From Fibrobacterales bacterium (GTDB taxonomy: Bacteria; Fibrobacterota; Fibrobacteria; Fibrobacterales; JAOPTW01), in NCBI GenBank assembly GCA_051532055.1, contig JAOPTX010000015.1, positions 149,047 to 213,046 on the forward strand: a stretch of DNA of 64,000 nt. The letters are read 5' to 3'. A model generated the notes under the pieces. That model was not told the DNA's origin and searched no databases. It worked only from the letters and a program-made list of their open reading frames with translations. Shown piece after piece: positions 19,921-31,000 of the stretch. The position numbers were made by a program, and so were the translations under genes. Position 1 is the stretch's first letter. Each line of letters starts with the position of its first letter.

Positions 19921-20099
19921 ATTTACCGATGAAATGATGTGATTTTATTTTCTCAAAGCGATCTTTAAATTTCCTAAAAAAGGTTGGAAATAGATGGATT
20001 ATTTTTCTGAGTTCAACGGATGGTGTTCCTCTGTTTTTTATCCCAAAGAGACAAAAAACAGTTAGCTTTTATCTATAACGAAATTATGGAAGGTATCTC

Positions 20100-21512
20100 A
20101 TGAAAAAACTGTTGGTTGGTTCATTTATAGTGGGGCTCTGTTACTCTGCGGCTTTTGCTACATATGCTCGAATAGAGTCTATGGGTAAAAATTCAACCTA
20201 TATAATGGATGACATGAGTATTTTTGATAACCCAGCAAATATTGGAATATATCCAAATTATTTAATTGGGGAGATGGGGACTTATCTTGATGACGTAGAT
20301 CAAGGGAGTAATTTGGACCCTCAAAATCCTTGGTTTGGTGGAATATTTGCTATTGGAATAGGTCGTAATGCAAAAGCGGATCCTCGTTTTTCTATTGCGG
20401 GTGCCTTTAATCGTGTTGATCAAAAATTGTTCCGTTTCTTTCCGGATAAAATAGTAGTGAGAGACGTCTCTTCAAACGCTATAGGGATAGACCCTACTAT
20501 AGCAAGTATTGTTAAGGATACAACCCTTCCTGGTTTAAATCAAGCGCACCTTGTTGAGGTCCCCTCACCGACAACTAATTTTGATGGCTTTCTTGGGCTT
20601 TCTACTGAGTCAGGTGATCTCTATGGTCTTCATGTGTATGTTGCCTATCAAGATGGTGCCAATGAGCAGAATGGTATGTATCAGTTGAATAATGAAGCAA
20701 ATGCCTCAATTATTAAGATGGATGCAGGAACTAATTTACAAGTGAGTAGTACTATTGATGCAGAAGTAGCAATAGGTATTGCGAGTATGCAGTATGGTAA
20801 AGGGACTTTTATTGATTGGGATAATCTTTCTTATCTTGCAAATGCTCGACTCTTTTCAACGGTTGACATGATTAATGGTGAACTCGTACCGACAGTGTCT
20901 TATGGTAATTATACTCTACCAGGGCAAGAGGCTGTGGAGATTCAAGCGGGTCTAGGGATTAATGTTTCTATGGATAACATGGGTTTCTTTTGGCTTGGTT
21001 TTGACTTCATAAGTAACACCTCAAAATATGTATCTAAAAGCGTTTCACAAGGATTGGGTTCTACTATTAGTTCTTATCCAAGTTTTTATAATTATGAGGG
21101 TGAGGTGGTGTATTCAACATTTTCCACAACCAGCAACACTACGGCTGGGAAAGATGTTGTATCTGAGACTGGTGGCAAAATTAGTTTTGGTATCGAACGA
21201 TCTATCTGGTGGGACTGGTTTATTATACGCGTAGGTGGCCAGAAAGTTATTACCTATGTCGATTGTGATCTTGCTGTCGAGGAAGGGGGCTACTGTGGTG
21301 AGTTTACCAATGTAAATGGCTCTGGAAATTACATGAGAACAAATGTAGCAGGCAATGGAACCAATAGTGATCATGTAGGATTTGGTTTTGGGATTAATGT
21401 TGAAGAGAAATTAAAAATTGATGTGACTGTTGCAGAAGATCTGTTATACAGAAACCCGTTTTCAGGACAGGGTCGATTCTTTTCACGACTTTCAGCAACG
21501 TACTCTTTTTAA
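20100..21512 (+). CDS. Outer-membrane beta-barrel (porin-like) protein
   Basis: Signal peptide, amphipathic beta-strands and C-terminal beta-signal RLSATYSF. Confidence 0.75.
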   Translation: MKKLLVGSFIVGLCYSAAFATYARIESMGKNSTYIMDDMSIFDNPANIGIYPNYLIGEMGTYLDDVDQGSNLDPQNPWFGGIFAIGIGRNAKADPRFSIAGAFNRVDQKLFRFFPDKIVVRDVSSNAIGIDPTIASIVKDTTLPGLNQAHLVEVPSPTTNFDGFLGLSTESGDLYGLHVYVAYQDGANEQNGMYQLNNEANASIIKMDAGTNLQVSSTIDAEVAIGIASMQYGKGTFIDWDNLSYLANARLFSTVDMINGELVPTVSYGNYTLPGQEAVEIQAGLGINVSMDNMGFFWLGFDFISNTSKYVSKSVSQGLGSTISSYPSFYNYEGEVVYSTFSTTSNTTAGKDVVSETGGKISFGIERSIWWDWFIIRVGGQKVITYVDCDLAVEEGGYCGEFTNVNGSGNYMRTNVAGNGTNSDHVGFGFGINVEEKLKIDVTVAEDLLYRNPFSGQGRFFSRLSATYSF

Positions 21513-21527
21513 GGGATAGCTAACTAG

Positions 21528-21911
21528 GTGATTTATTTGTTATTTTTATACAGAGCCAGCATTGTCTGGTTCTTTCTTGTTTTATTGATAGGCTGTACAG
21601 ATTCTCGGTTCACTATTGAAAAAAAATTAGATAGCCTGTTGCAAAGTGACCTTAAGATGATCGTTGCTCAGCAGTTGAATGAGGTAGAAAGAAAGAATAT
21701 TCTTGATACGCCTTACTACCGTGTTGACGATTTACGCTTTTTTCAGGGCGACACTGCTAATTTGTATGCTGCTTATGCGAGGGTCTCTTTTTTCTTTTAT
21801 CAAGAGATTGCTCTTAAAGAGGTGCGCAAGTATCGTTTTAATGCCCAATATAATTATTGGGATCGTTATGAAAAAAAACTGAGACATTTTTCTGAAACTT
21901 CAAAAAAATAA
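21528..21911 (+). CDS. Putative lipoprotein
   Basis: Hydrophobic stretch plus LIGC lipobox; start uncertain. Confidence 0.6.
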   Translation: MIYLLFLYRASIVWFFLVLLIGCTDSRFTIEKKLDSLLQSDLKMIVAQQLNEVERKNILDTPYYRVDDLRFFQGDTANLYAAYARVSFFFYQEIALKEVRKYRFNAQYNYWDRYEKKLRHFSETSKK

Positions 21912-22008
21912 GCACTAGTGAGACATAACTAGTTACTTTTTACACTATAACACAAAACCAGTAGAATGCTATTGGGATATTCAGGCATTAAATAATAAGA
22001 GGTGAACA

Positions 22009-23025
22009 TTGTTTTCACGAGTATTTTCCAGTGATATTGGAATTGATCTAGGAACCGCCAATGTGCTGGTTAATGTATCTAACAAGGGAATAGTAATAAA
22101 TGAACCTTCGGTCGTTGCAGTAGATAGACGATCGGGTAAGGTGGTTCATATTGGCTCTGATGCAAAAAAAATGCTCGGAAGAACTCCTGATGAGATAATA
22201 GCATGCCGTCCTATGAAAGATGGTGTAATTGCTGACTTTAAACTCGTTGAGAGTATGCTTCAGCACTTTATTAAAGTGGTACAAAAATATCCACTCTTCT
22301 TTTTACGTCCTCGTGTTGTTATTGGAGTTCCATCTGGTATTACCGAAGTAGAAAAAAGAGCAGTGGTAGATGCAGCTCAAAGAGCTGGCGCAAAAGAAGT
22401 ACATCTTGTAGCAGAACCTATGGCAGCAGCTATTGGCATGGGAATTCCTGTTGAAGACCCGTCAGGTAATATGGTTATTGATATCGGAGGTGGTACCTCA
22501 GAAATTGCTGTAATAGCACTCTATGGAATTGTATGTGATACTTCTGTACGGGTTGGGGGTGATGAAATGGATGAAGCGATTATCGATTATCTCAAACGCA
22601 CCTATAATCTATTAGTAGGTGAAAGTACCGCAGAGCAAATTAAGCTACAAATAGGATCTGCATTTCCTCTTGAAGAGGAATTAGAGATGCAGGTGAAAGG
22701 GCGTGATCAAACTGCAGGTATACCTCGCACAATGAATATTTCTTCAGTTGAAGTGAGAGAGGCTTTAAATCAGCCAGTTACTTCTATTGTCGAAGCGGTA
22801 AAACAGGCACTTGAACGAACACCTCCTGAGCTTTCTGCTGATATCTTAGATAAAGGTATTGTTATGACTGGTGGCGGTGCTCAACTTCGTGGTCTTGATG
22901 AACGTTTGAGACAAGAGACTAATCTTCCTGTGAATGTAATTGATGATCCGTTAGTATGTGTTTGCAAAGGTACCGCACGAATACTTGAAGATATGGAGAA
23001 ATATCACAAGGTTCTCATGAGATAA
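22009..23025 (+). CDS. mreB: Rod shape-determining protein MreB
   Basis: IGIDLGTAN, EPSVVA, EPMAAAIG, DIGGGTSE, TGGGAQL. Confidence 0.98.
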   Translation: MFSRVFSSDIGIDLGTANVLVNVSNKGIVINEPSVVAVDRRSGKVVHIGSDAKKMLGRTPDEIIACRPMKDGVIADFKLVESMLQHFIKVVQKYPLFFLRPRVVIGVPSGITEVEKRAVVDAAQRAGAKEVHLVAEPMAAAIGMGIPVEDPSGNMVIDIGGGTSEIAVIALYGIVCDTSVRVGGDEMDEAIIDYLKRTYNLLVGESTAEQIKLQIGSAFPLEEELEMQVKGRDQTAGIPRTMNISSVEVREALNQPVTSIVEAVKQALERTPPELSADILDKGIVMTGGGAQLRGLDERLRQETNLPVNVIDDPLVCVCKGTARILEDMEKYHKVLMR

Positions 23026-23036
23026 GGTGGGCATAA

Positions 23037-23867
23037 GTGTCAGCTCCTGTTAAGTCGTATGATTCAATTGTTGCTTTTTTAAAGTATGGTAGGGGCATAA
23101 CCTCTTTCCTAATTTGTATTGTAATTTCGTCAAGTCTTTTTAATCTTAATCTCGTTCAGAAAAAAACAATTTTTGACATCAGTATCAGCACATTCTTAGC
23201 ACCTGCACAAAAAGTGCTCATGTGGATGGAGGGAATTAAAGATCTTCAGGCTGAAAATGTGTTGCTAAAGGAAGAGAAGGCGCGACTTCGGTTAGAAAAT
23301 GATCTCTTGATTGAAGCTAAAATAGAGAATGTACGCCTCAAAGATTTTCTGTCTTTCAAACAAACAGAAGAATACCCTCTTATTTTTGCTCAAGTTATTG
23401 CGCGAGACCCTGGACGATTGCACTCCTCGTGTGTTATTGATGTGGGATCTAAAGACTCAATAGAAGTTAATATGCCTGTTTTTACTGCAAACGGTGTGGT
23501 AGGAAAGGTTTTTAAAGTGTTTAATTCTCACTCATATGTACAATTTCTTAATGATCCAGCATCTAAAGTATCCGCTATTGAGAACAGGTCGAGGACCATA
23601 GGGGTTCTTCAAACCGTTGACTCATATACGTTAGAACTTGCAGTACCTAATTATGCTGACGTGCGAGTCGGCGATACTTTGGTTACCTCAGGGTATGGTG
23701 GTATATTTCCAAAAGGTATGCGTCTTGGTGTAATTACAGGATTTATATCGGGTGATATTGAACTTATGAAAAAAGCAGAAGTAGCGCTCTTTCAAAGTCC
23801 AGCATATGTTGAAGAGGTATTTGTTCTAAAGAAAGAATCTGATTGGGTATTTAAGGGAGGAAAGTGA
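23037..23867 (+). CDS. mreC: Rod shape-determining protein MreC
   Basis: TM plus coiled coil (ENVRLKDFL); AQVIARDP; GDTLVTSGYGGIFPKG; operon position. Confidence 0.95.
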   Translation: MSAPVKSYDSIVAFLKYGRGITSFLICIVISSSLFNLNLVQKKTIFDISISTFLAPAQKVLMWMEGIKDLQAENVLLKEEKARLRLENDLLIEAKIENVRLKDFLSFKQTEEYPLIFAQVIARDPGRLHSSCVIDVGSKDSIEVNMPVFTANGVVGKVFKVFNSHSYVQFLNDPASKVSAIENRSRTIGVLQTVDSYTLELAVPNYADVRVGDTLVTSGYGGIFPKGMRLGVITGFISGDIELMKKAEVALFQSPAYVEEVFVLKKESDWVFKGGK

Positions 23868-24343
23868 GAACGGCAATCGTAATTATATTTGCATTCGGTG
23901 TACTGATTCTTCAATCAACACTCATAGAATTATTGAGTATTAATGATGTGAAACCAGATCTCACTATTATTTTTCTTGTTTACATTAGTTTGTTATTTGG
24001 TCCTGTTGCAGGTGTATTTACAGGCTTTTTACTGGGGATTATTCAAGATATTTATAGCTATGAGTTTTTAGGTGCCCATGCTTTGATAAAATCAGCTATT
24101 GGTTATTTTGTTGGCCTTTTTGAAGAAGAGCTCATTAGCTTGGACTACATAACTAAAGTTATAATTCTCGTGTTTGTCTTTTATCTTCACGATATCAGTT
24201 ATGGATTCCTTATTGATATGAAGTTTGATGAAGTTATAGCGTTTGTAAAACACAAGTCCCTATGGGAGAGCATCTATACCATTATTTTGGGGGCGTTTAT
24301 CTTCTATTTAACGCATACCAACAAAAAAAACCATGTTCAATAA
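23864..24343 (+). CDS. mreD: Rod shape-determining protein MreD
   Basis: Polytopic membrane protein with KPDL and GFLLGIIQD, located between mreC and mrdA. Confidence 0.92.
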   Translation: MRTAIVIIFAFGVLILQSTLIELLSINDVKPDLTIIFLVYISLLFGPVAGVFTGFLLGIIQDIYSYEFLGAHALIKSAIGYFVGLFEEELISLDYITKVIILVFVFYLHDISYGFLIDMKFDEVIAFVKHKSLWESIYTIILGAFIFYLTHTNKKNHVQ

Positions 24344-26627
24344 TAGCTCACTCCAAGAAGATCAGCATAATAGAAATGTAAAAAGTTCATTTCTTGTGTT
24401 AATTGTTGGTTTTGTTTTTCTTATTCTAGTCTGCCGTCTTTTTTATCTACAAGTGATTATGTATGATGAGAATGTCCGACTTTCAGAATCTAATCGAATG
24501 CGAAAGATTATTATCAAGGCTAATCGCGGGAATATATTTTCTCGCAATAAAGAGATGCTTGTACGTAATAGAGTTTCTAACAATATCATGGTAGAGCCTA
24601 ATAAAGTTAAGGGACTGAGGGGGTTGCGTTCTGTTGTATTTAACAAAGATAGCACTGAAGATGCATTTTTAAAAAGTGAAGTATATGCAGAGAGAAAGGC
24701 CAAATTTGATGGGTATCTCAGAGAGTGGATTGAAGAAGTCGGTGATTCCATCATATATAAGACAATTCCTGATGCTTATGTTATAGAAGAAAGAAGAAAA
24801 CTTACCACTGACTCCGTTTATAAAGTAGAGACTATTAGGCGACTATTTGGTGATTCCATAAAGGTATCTTTTGAAAAACTTCATTTAAAGGCCCTTCTTG
24901 ATAAACAATCAGCACCGAAAAAAGACTCCATATATAGGTTACAAAAAAAACGACCCGGTTATGAAAAACGGGTTGCTATCTATGAGCGCAAATTAAAATG
25001 GTTTGTAAAGAATAGTCTGTGGGATTTTAGAATGAAATTAGAACAAGAAAAAGTTAAGAATCTTGATCTGTTTCACAACTTGTTAGCCCTTAGAAATGTT
25101 GATAATAAACAAGTATTTGACACCCTGCAAGCAATGGAGCGCATTCATGCAGCGAGCAGAAAGAATAGATTTAAACGACATCTACTACTGGAAGATGTTG
25201 ATTATGAAGTAGTATCTCTTGTAGTAGAGCATCAGGAACATTTACAGGGAGTGGTGGTTGAATATGACCCAAGGCGTTTCTATACTAGTGGTAAAACTGC
25301 TGCCCACATATTGGGATACAACTCAGAAATTACAGAGGATGAACTCAAGGATAGTCTTTTTACTGAATATAAACAGGGTGATTACATAGGGAAGTCTGGA
25401 GTTGAAAAAATCTACGAACCAATGTTTCGCGGAGAAGATGGGATTAAATTTGTTGAAGTTGATGTGTATGGTCGAGAGCTAGGTCTTTTAGAGAGTATGC
25501 CTAATGAAAAAGCTAAGGCAGGGTATAACGTCGTAACCACAATTGATTTAGATCTTCAGAAAGTTGCTGAAGAAGCCTTTGCTGATACGTTAAAGGGGGC
25601 CCTTGTTGCTCTTAATCCTCAGAATGGAGAGATATTGGCTATTCTATCTTCTCCAGCATATGACCCGAATATTTATTCAATAGAGGCATCTCTCAGAAAT
25701 GCTGCGATTGCTGAATTAAGAAGTGCAGATAAACCATCATATAATAGAGCAGTATTGGGGACCTATCCTCCAGGGTCACTTTTTAAACTTTTTACATCTA
25801 TTGCCGGAATGGAAACAAAGAAAGTTACACCAACATTCAAGTACAGAAAGGCGTGTAATGGAGCATTTAAATTTGGCCGAAGGGTACAAAAATGTTGGAA
25901 AGCATCGGGTCACGGAAGAATGGATGTAATAGATGCGTTGAGAGAGTCATGTGATGTCTATTTTTATCAATTAGGCTTAGATATAGGAATGGACTCAATC
26001 AATAAATATGGGCGTATGTATGGCCTTGCGAGTAAAAGTGGGATTGACCTCCCTACAGAAAAATCAGGTTTATTAATGGATTCTACCACATACAATAAAC
26101 GCTTTAAACATAAAGGGTGGCGTTGGACTCGTGGCCAAATTCTAAATTTGGCCATAGGGCAGGGAGAGTTAGTAACCCCTCTCCAGATGGCAAACGCTTT
26201 TGGAGCACTTGCAGCTAATGATTCATTGTACCGGCCCCACTTACTGAAAGAAGTTGTTGATGAAAATGGCCTTGTTATAAAACGTTATGAACCAAAAGCG
26301 TTAAATGCAATTGATATATCAGATGAGACCTATAACACTATTATTACAGCAATGGAAGAAGTTATATCAGCTCCCCATGGTACTGGTGGATGGGCTCGAG
26401 TTAAAGGTGTTCGTGTAGGTGGTAAAACGGGATCTGCTGAGAATCCCCATGGTGAAAAAACCCATGCGTGGTTTGCTGCTGTTGCCCCCCTTGAGAAGCC
26501 AGAAATTGCTATAGCAGTTTTGGTCGAAAATGCAGGCCATGGTGGTTCTATTGCTGCACCAATTGCAGGCAAAGTACTGCGCCACTATTTTGGAAGAAAA
26601 AAGAAGGTGACCAATGATACACAGTAG
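24333..26627 (+). CDS. mrdA: Penicillin-binding protein 2 with a large non-catalytic insertion
   Basis: RLFYLQV, RGNIFSRN, GKSGVEK, PPGSLFK (SxxK), SCD, KTGSAE. Confidence 0.95.
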   Translation: MFNNSSLQEDQHNRNVKSSFLVLIVGFVFLILVCRLFYLQVIMYDENVRLSESNRMRKIIIKANRGNIFSRNKEMLVRNRVSNNIMVEPNKVKGLRGLRSVVFNKDSTEDAFLKSEVYAERKAKFDGYLREWIEEVGDSIIYKTIPDAYVIEERRKLTTDSVYKVETIRRLFGDSIKVSFEKLHLKALLDKQSAPKKDSIYRLQKKRPGYEKRVAIYERKLKWFVKNSLWDFRMKLEQEKVKNLDLFHNLLALRNVDNKQVFDTLQAMERIHAASRKNRFKRHLLLEDVDYEVVSLVVEHQEHLQGVVVEYDPRRFYTSGKTAAHILGYNSEITEDELKDSLFTEYKQGDYIGKSGVEKIYEPMFRGEDGIKFVEVDVYGRELGLLESMPNEKAKAGYNVVTTIDLDLQKVAEEAFADTLKGALVALNPQNGEILAILSSPAYDPNIYSIEASLRNAAIAELRSADKPSYNRAVLGTYPPGSLFKLFTSIAGMETKKVTPTFKYRKACNGAFKFGRRVQKCWKASGHGRMDVIDALRESCDVYFYQLGLDIGMDSINKYGRMYGLASKSGIDLPTEKSGLLMDSTTYNKRFKHKGWRWTRGQILNLAIGQGELVTPLQMANAFGALAANDSLYRPHLLKEVVDENGLVIKRYEPKALNAIDISDETYNTIITAMEEVISAPHGTGGWARVKGVRVGGKTGSAENPHGEKTHAWFAAVAPLEKPEIAIAVLVENAGHGGSIAAPIAGKVLRHYFGRKKKVTNDTQ

Positions 26628-27846
26628 TGATGACCAGCGTGTTGATGTAACCTTTCTTACGGTACTTTTTGCAATTATTTCTATTGGTGTATTGATGGTA
26701 TATTCGGCGACATTCAATGCTGAATCAGCATTCTATGAAACCTATTGGTTTAGACAAATAATTTATTTTGTTATTGGGGCCTTTATTGCAGGGGTTATCG
26801 TATTAGTTCCTCCCAAAGTCCTTTACTCTTCAGCCTACCCCCTTTACTTTATGTCCTTGCTCACACTAGCATATGTAGGGTTTGGTGGAGGTGAGTCAGT
26901 AAAAGGAGCAGCACGTTGGATTTCTATTGGTGGTTTTCGACTGCAACCTTCAGAGTTTGCTAAAATTGCCTATTTGCTTGCTATGTCTCGGATGCTCTCA
27001 CAGAAAACTCTTTCACTTTCAAAGTTAAAAGGGTTTATAGGTCCTGGTGTACTTTTCATTGTTCCATTTGGTTTAGTATTGGGTCAACCAGACCTAAGTA
27101 CTGCTCTTGTATTTATGGTGATGACATTAATTGGGTTTTACTGGGCTGGGCTCTCAGTATTAGAAATAATTGTGCTTATTTCACCGGCTATTAGTGTTGT
27201 GACAGCTCACAATCAATATATTTGGATGGGAGTGTATGCATTACTCTTTTTATTGGTAATTTCACAAAAACTCGACCTTAAAGTTACAATACTGATCTTG
27301 CTCATTAATCTCGCCGCTGGTTTTGGTTCATTTATGCTTTGGAATAATGGCCTCAAAGAGCATCAACGGTCTCGGATTCTTACTTTTGTCGATCCAATGA
27401 GGGACCCTAAAGGAGCGGGGTATCAGGTTATTCAGTCAAAGGTAACTATTGGATCTGGTGGGATATATGGAAAAGGCTTTGGTAAAGGTACTCAAGTTAA
27501 TAACGAATTTTTACCAGAAGAGCATACGGACTTTATATTCTGTGTGTTGAGTGAGCAATTCGGTCTAATAGGTTGTGCTGTTGTGTTACTCTTATATTTT
27601 ATGTTGATTCAGAGGATGCTCTCAATTTGTAGAATCGTACGGGATGGGTTTCTCAATTTTATGATTATAGGGATAACCGCAATTCTTTCGTTTCATATTT
27701 TCGTTAATATTGCAATGACGTTAGGTATGATGCCTGTTACGGGGCTCCCTCTACCATTCTTTTCATATGGTGGGTCATTTGTCATGACTTGTATGGTTCT
27801 TGTCGGACTAGTTATTAATATACGACTCAAGGGCGAATCAGACTAG
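26614..27846 (+). CDS. rodA: Rod shape-determining SEDS protein RodA
   Basis: GAARWI, QPSEFAK, QPDLST, GYQVIQS, LPEEHTDFIF, PFFSYGGS. Confidence 0.96.
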   Translation: MIHSSDDQRVDVTFLTVLFAIISIGVLMVYSATFNAESAFYETYWFRQIIYFVIGAFIAGVIVLVPPKVLYSSAYPLYFMSLLTLAYVGFGGGESVKGAARWISIGGFRLQPSEFAKIAYLLAMSRMLSQKTLSLSKLKGFIGPGVLFIVPFGLVLGQPDLSTALVFMVMTLIGFYWAGLSVLEIIVLISPAISVVTAHNQYIWMGVYALLFLLVISQKLDLKVTILILLINLAAGFGSFMLWNNGLKEHQRSRILTFVDPMRDPKGAGYQVIQSKVTIGSGGIYGKGFGKGTQVNNEFLPEEHTDFIFCVLSEQFGLIGCAVVLLLYFMLIQRMLSICRIVRDGFLNFMIIGITAILSFHIFVNIAMTLGMMPVTGLPLPFFSYGGSFVMTCMVLVGLVINIRLKGESD

Positions 27847-27906
27847 CTGATATAATACCCCAAAATAATAAAAGTACTAAAACAAATAATGGCAAAATAT
27901 CTAATG

Positions 27907-27928
27907 GTGTGTGATCAAGCTCTCACTT
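27907..27928 (+). promoter_or_regulatory. Candidate CRP/FNR-family operator upstream of giant protein 1
   Basis: TGTGA-tcaagc-TCTCA at 27910-27925 against the TGTGA-N6-TCACA consensus. Confidence 0.4.
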
Positions 27929-28003
27929 TAACTATTAGTGGTTGAGTTTGCTCCTGAATAGTGGTATTCTAATAGAATAGAGAGCCACGGCTAGGAGTCT
28001 ATC

Positions 28004-31000
28004 ATGAAAAGTTTGTTGTTAATTATCACCCTTCTTATAGGGTTTGAAAGTGTCCATGCACAAAATATCTCACAAGTTGGGTTCGACCCAGAGTCTAATC
28101 GACTCTACTTTAGTTTTGATCAACCGTATATCACAATTGGTTCTGGTACGATAACAATTGATGTAATAAATAATGGCCTCTGGGAAAACCCTATTGTTAT
28201 AACTAATTGGAATACATATGCCGTTGGTAATGGAGTTACTATGCATATTGACTTTGCAGCGATTAATGACAATAGAATTTTAAATATAATTGGACATGGT
28301 GTAGAGCTTCACGGAAACTTTCCATCAGGGATAGTACAATCGGCTGCAACACAAAGTGAACCTGATAATAGGAAGATATATTTGACAGATGGTGGACCAT
28401 ATGTTGAACGGGCAAGTTACTCTGAGTATAATAATGAAATACAAATATGGTTTACTCACCTTTTTGATGCCAGTACAGCTTTTAGTGGTGAGATAAGACT
28501 TTCAAATGATTCTTTTCAAAAGAGTTACCTTCTTGAAAACATAGCAGTCACCCAGAGTCCTGGACAACCAGTTCTCAATATTGTACTACCCGAAGAGCTT
28601 AATTCTGCAGGCTTGGACCCTTATAATTGGATAATAGCCCTTGACCCAAACGTTGTGTTTTTTACAGACAATGATGGAAATATAGAGGGCAACTATCAAT
28701 TATCAACAATGAGTGAATTAAGAATGGAATATTTTGATCATTCGTATCACTTCAATTCTTCTTATGTAAACGATGATATAGGTGGGGACCCTTATCTATA
28801 CGTGGAAATGTCAGAGCAGGCCATGTATAGTGGCGCAGGAGTAGTAGTAACTGCCCTAAATTCTCTTGGGGTAACAATCGAGTCTATACCATTGGATTTA
28901 TCAGAAAATAGCCCCCCTGTAAATTCTTTTGATTTTTCACCAAGTATCTTTCTTAATACAACTCAATATTCAAAAATTGAGTCTTGGTTAAATTTGGGAT
29001 ACTATATTCAAGTAAATGCAGCAGAGGGAGCGTATTATGAATATAATTCAAATAATCTACCTGCATTTTCTATTCCATTTTCAAACACCTCAGGTTGGTA
29101 TATTGAAGGATACGATACATTGTATGTACAGCAAGGGCCTACATTTTACTCTATTCTTAATAAATATGATGAATCATCACAAATGGAATACCAGGTTACA
29201 TCAAAGGATGAATCAATACTTCCTTCAAATGGAATATCTGTAAAGCCTGTTGACAATGGATTTATTATAGAAGTATTACATTATATGAAATCAGGAACTG
29301 TACTCGATATAGATATATTAGCAACTGATGTTACTACTGGCCAATTTTCTAGAAAATTAGTGACGGTTAAGAAAGAGAGTGAAGAGGTACATTTTCTGGA
29401 TATTGTCCAAAGTCGATTTGTAGAGAGTGAAGGTATTAGTCAATTAGTAGTGGACCTGACTGCACCAGTATTTGTGAGCAATGCTACACAAATTGTTATT
29501 GAAGCACTAGAAAGTCCATTTGAACATGAATCGTTAGAAGAATTCAGGCTCAATACCTCCGAAAACCCTATTGAGGGTGATGGCACTCAACATTTTAAGA
29601 TAGGGTTAAGTGATACCCATATATTGCAAATTAAACGCTGGTATAGTGAAGGACATTTTGTAAAGATCGTTTTTGAAGAGGGTGCTTTGAGTCCAAAATT
29701 TTCTGAAATAGATATAGGAGGCTACACCTTTAGAGAAATTGGCGAAGGAATGAAAAACCCAGATGCGATAGAGTTTGATTACTATCAACAATTTACAATT
29801 GGTTTAGATATAGAGGATAAAATATCTTTTTGGGTGCATAACCCAAGAGGGCCCTACGAAGATGTTGTTATTACAGAGATAGTGAGTCGTGATCCAGGAA
29901 TTGTTACTGCATATTATAGTGGACTTAATAATAATGGTGAGCAAGAAATTAACGTGACTGGAATGTCTCAGGGGAGCACTGTTTTAACCCTTACTTTTAA
30001 TAATGGTTTTGCGATTTCAGAAGAAAAGCTCTATATAAATGTAACAGAAGATGTTGTGTATAATAATGGTATTAGAACAGAAGTACCCATGAATTACTCG
30101 ATCTGGCCTAATAGTTATCATAGCGTAACTCTTTGGGCTGAAGCAACACCAAACCGTGAAAATAGTTATTTCTATATAACGGGATATTCAACAAATAGTG
30201 ATGTTGTAGAATTGATGGACTATAATACTGAAAGTTATTCTGATTTTTGGCTTAACTTTGAATCACATAATTCTGGTAATGCTCAACTGGTTTTAACTAT
30301 TACGGATGAGTTGGGTAATACCACTGAGAGAATTATCGAGGTTATTGTAGAGGATAATGGAGATCCTGGAATGGGAGGAATGGGGGATTGTTATGGGCCT
30401 TGCCTAAATGATGTAACACTTATATATGATGAGGGAGTTAATGCATTAAGCTTACGTTGGAATGATTTTGTAAATATAGCGTACGATTCAGAAATTGTAT
30501 TAATGAGTCAAAATAATAAAGAGGGAGTTTCAGAGGAACAGGAAATAAGTATTCCAATTAATATTAATAATGTAACACGAATGGGAACAGACATGGAGTT
30601 ATCTATTAGTGAAACATTGAAGAATACAATCCTTGACCAATATAGATCATCTCATAATATGAGAGCAGTAATACCAGGAGGAGTATTTTATACTAATGAT
30701 AATGTGTATTATGAGCCCGATAGCAGAGAGATATGGTTTCATCTGGAACAAGGTAATAATTTTGAAATATTCGCTTCTTGGTATCAGCCTATTGAAGGAA
30801 AAGTTACTATTGAATTTGATGGGGAAATCAAAATGGATCAACTCTATGCAATGTCTGGCACCTTAAGAGTAGGAACTTCAAATACAAATAATGTTATAAT
30901 ACCATTTGCTAATCCAAGTACCGAACATGCGCATTGGTGTGGAACTGAACCGAGTGGCTATGAGCAAGAGTGTACTACTACTATTGATATATATATCAGT

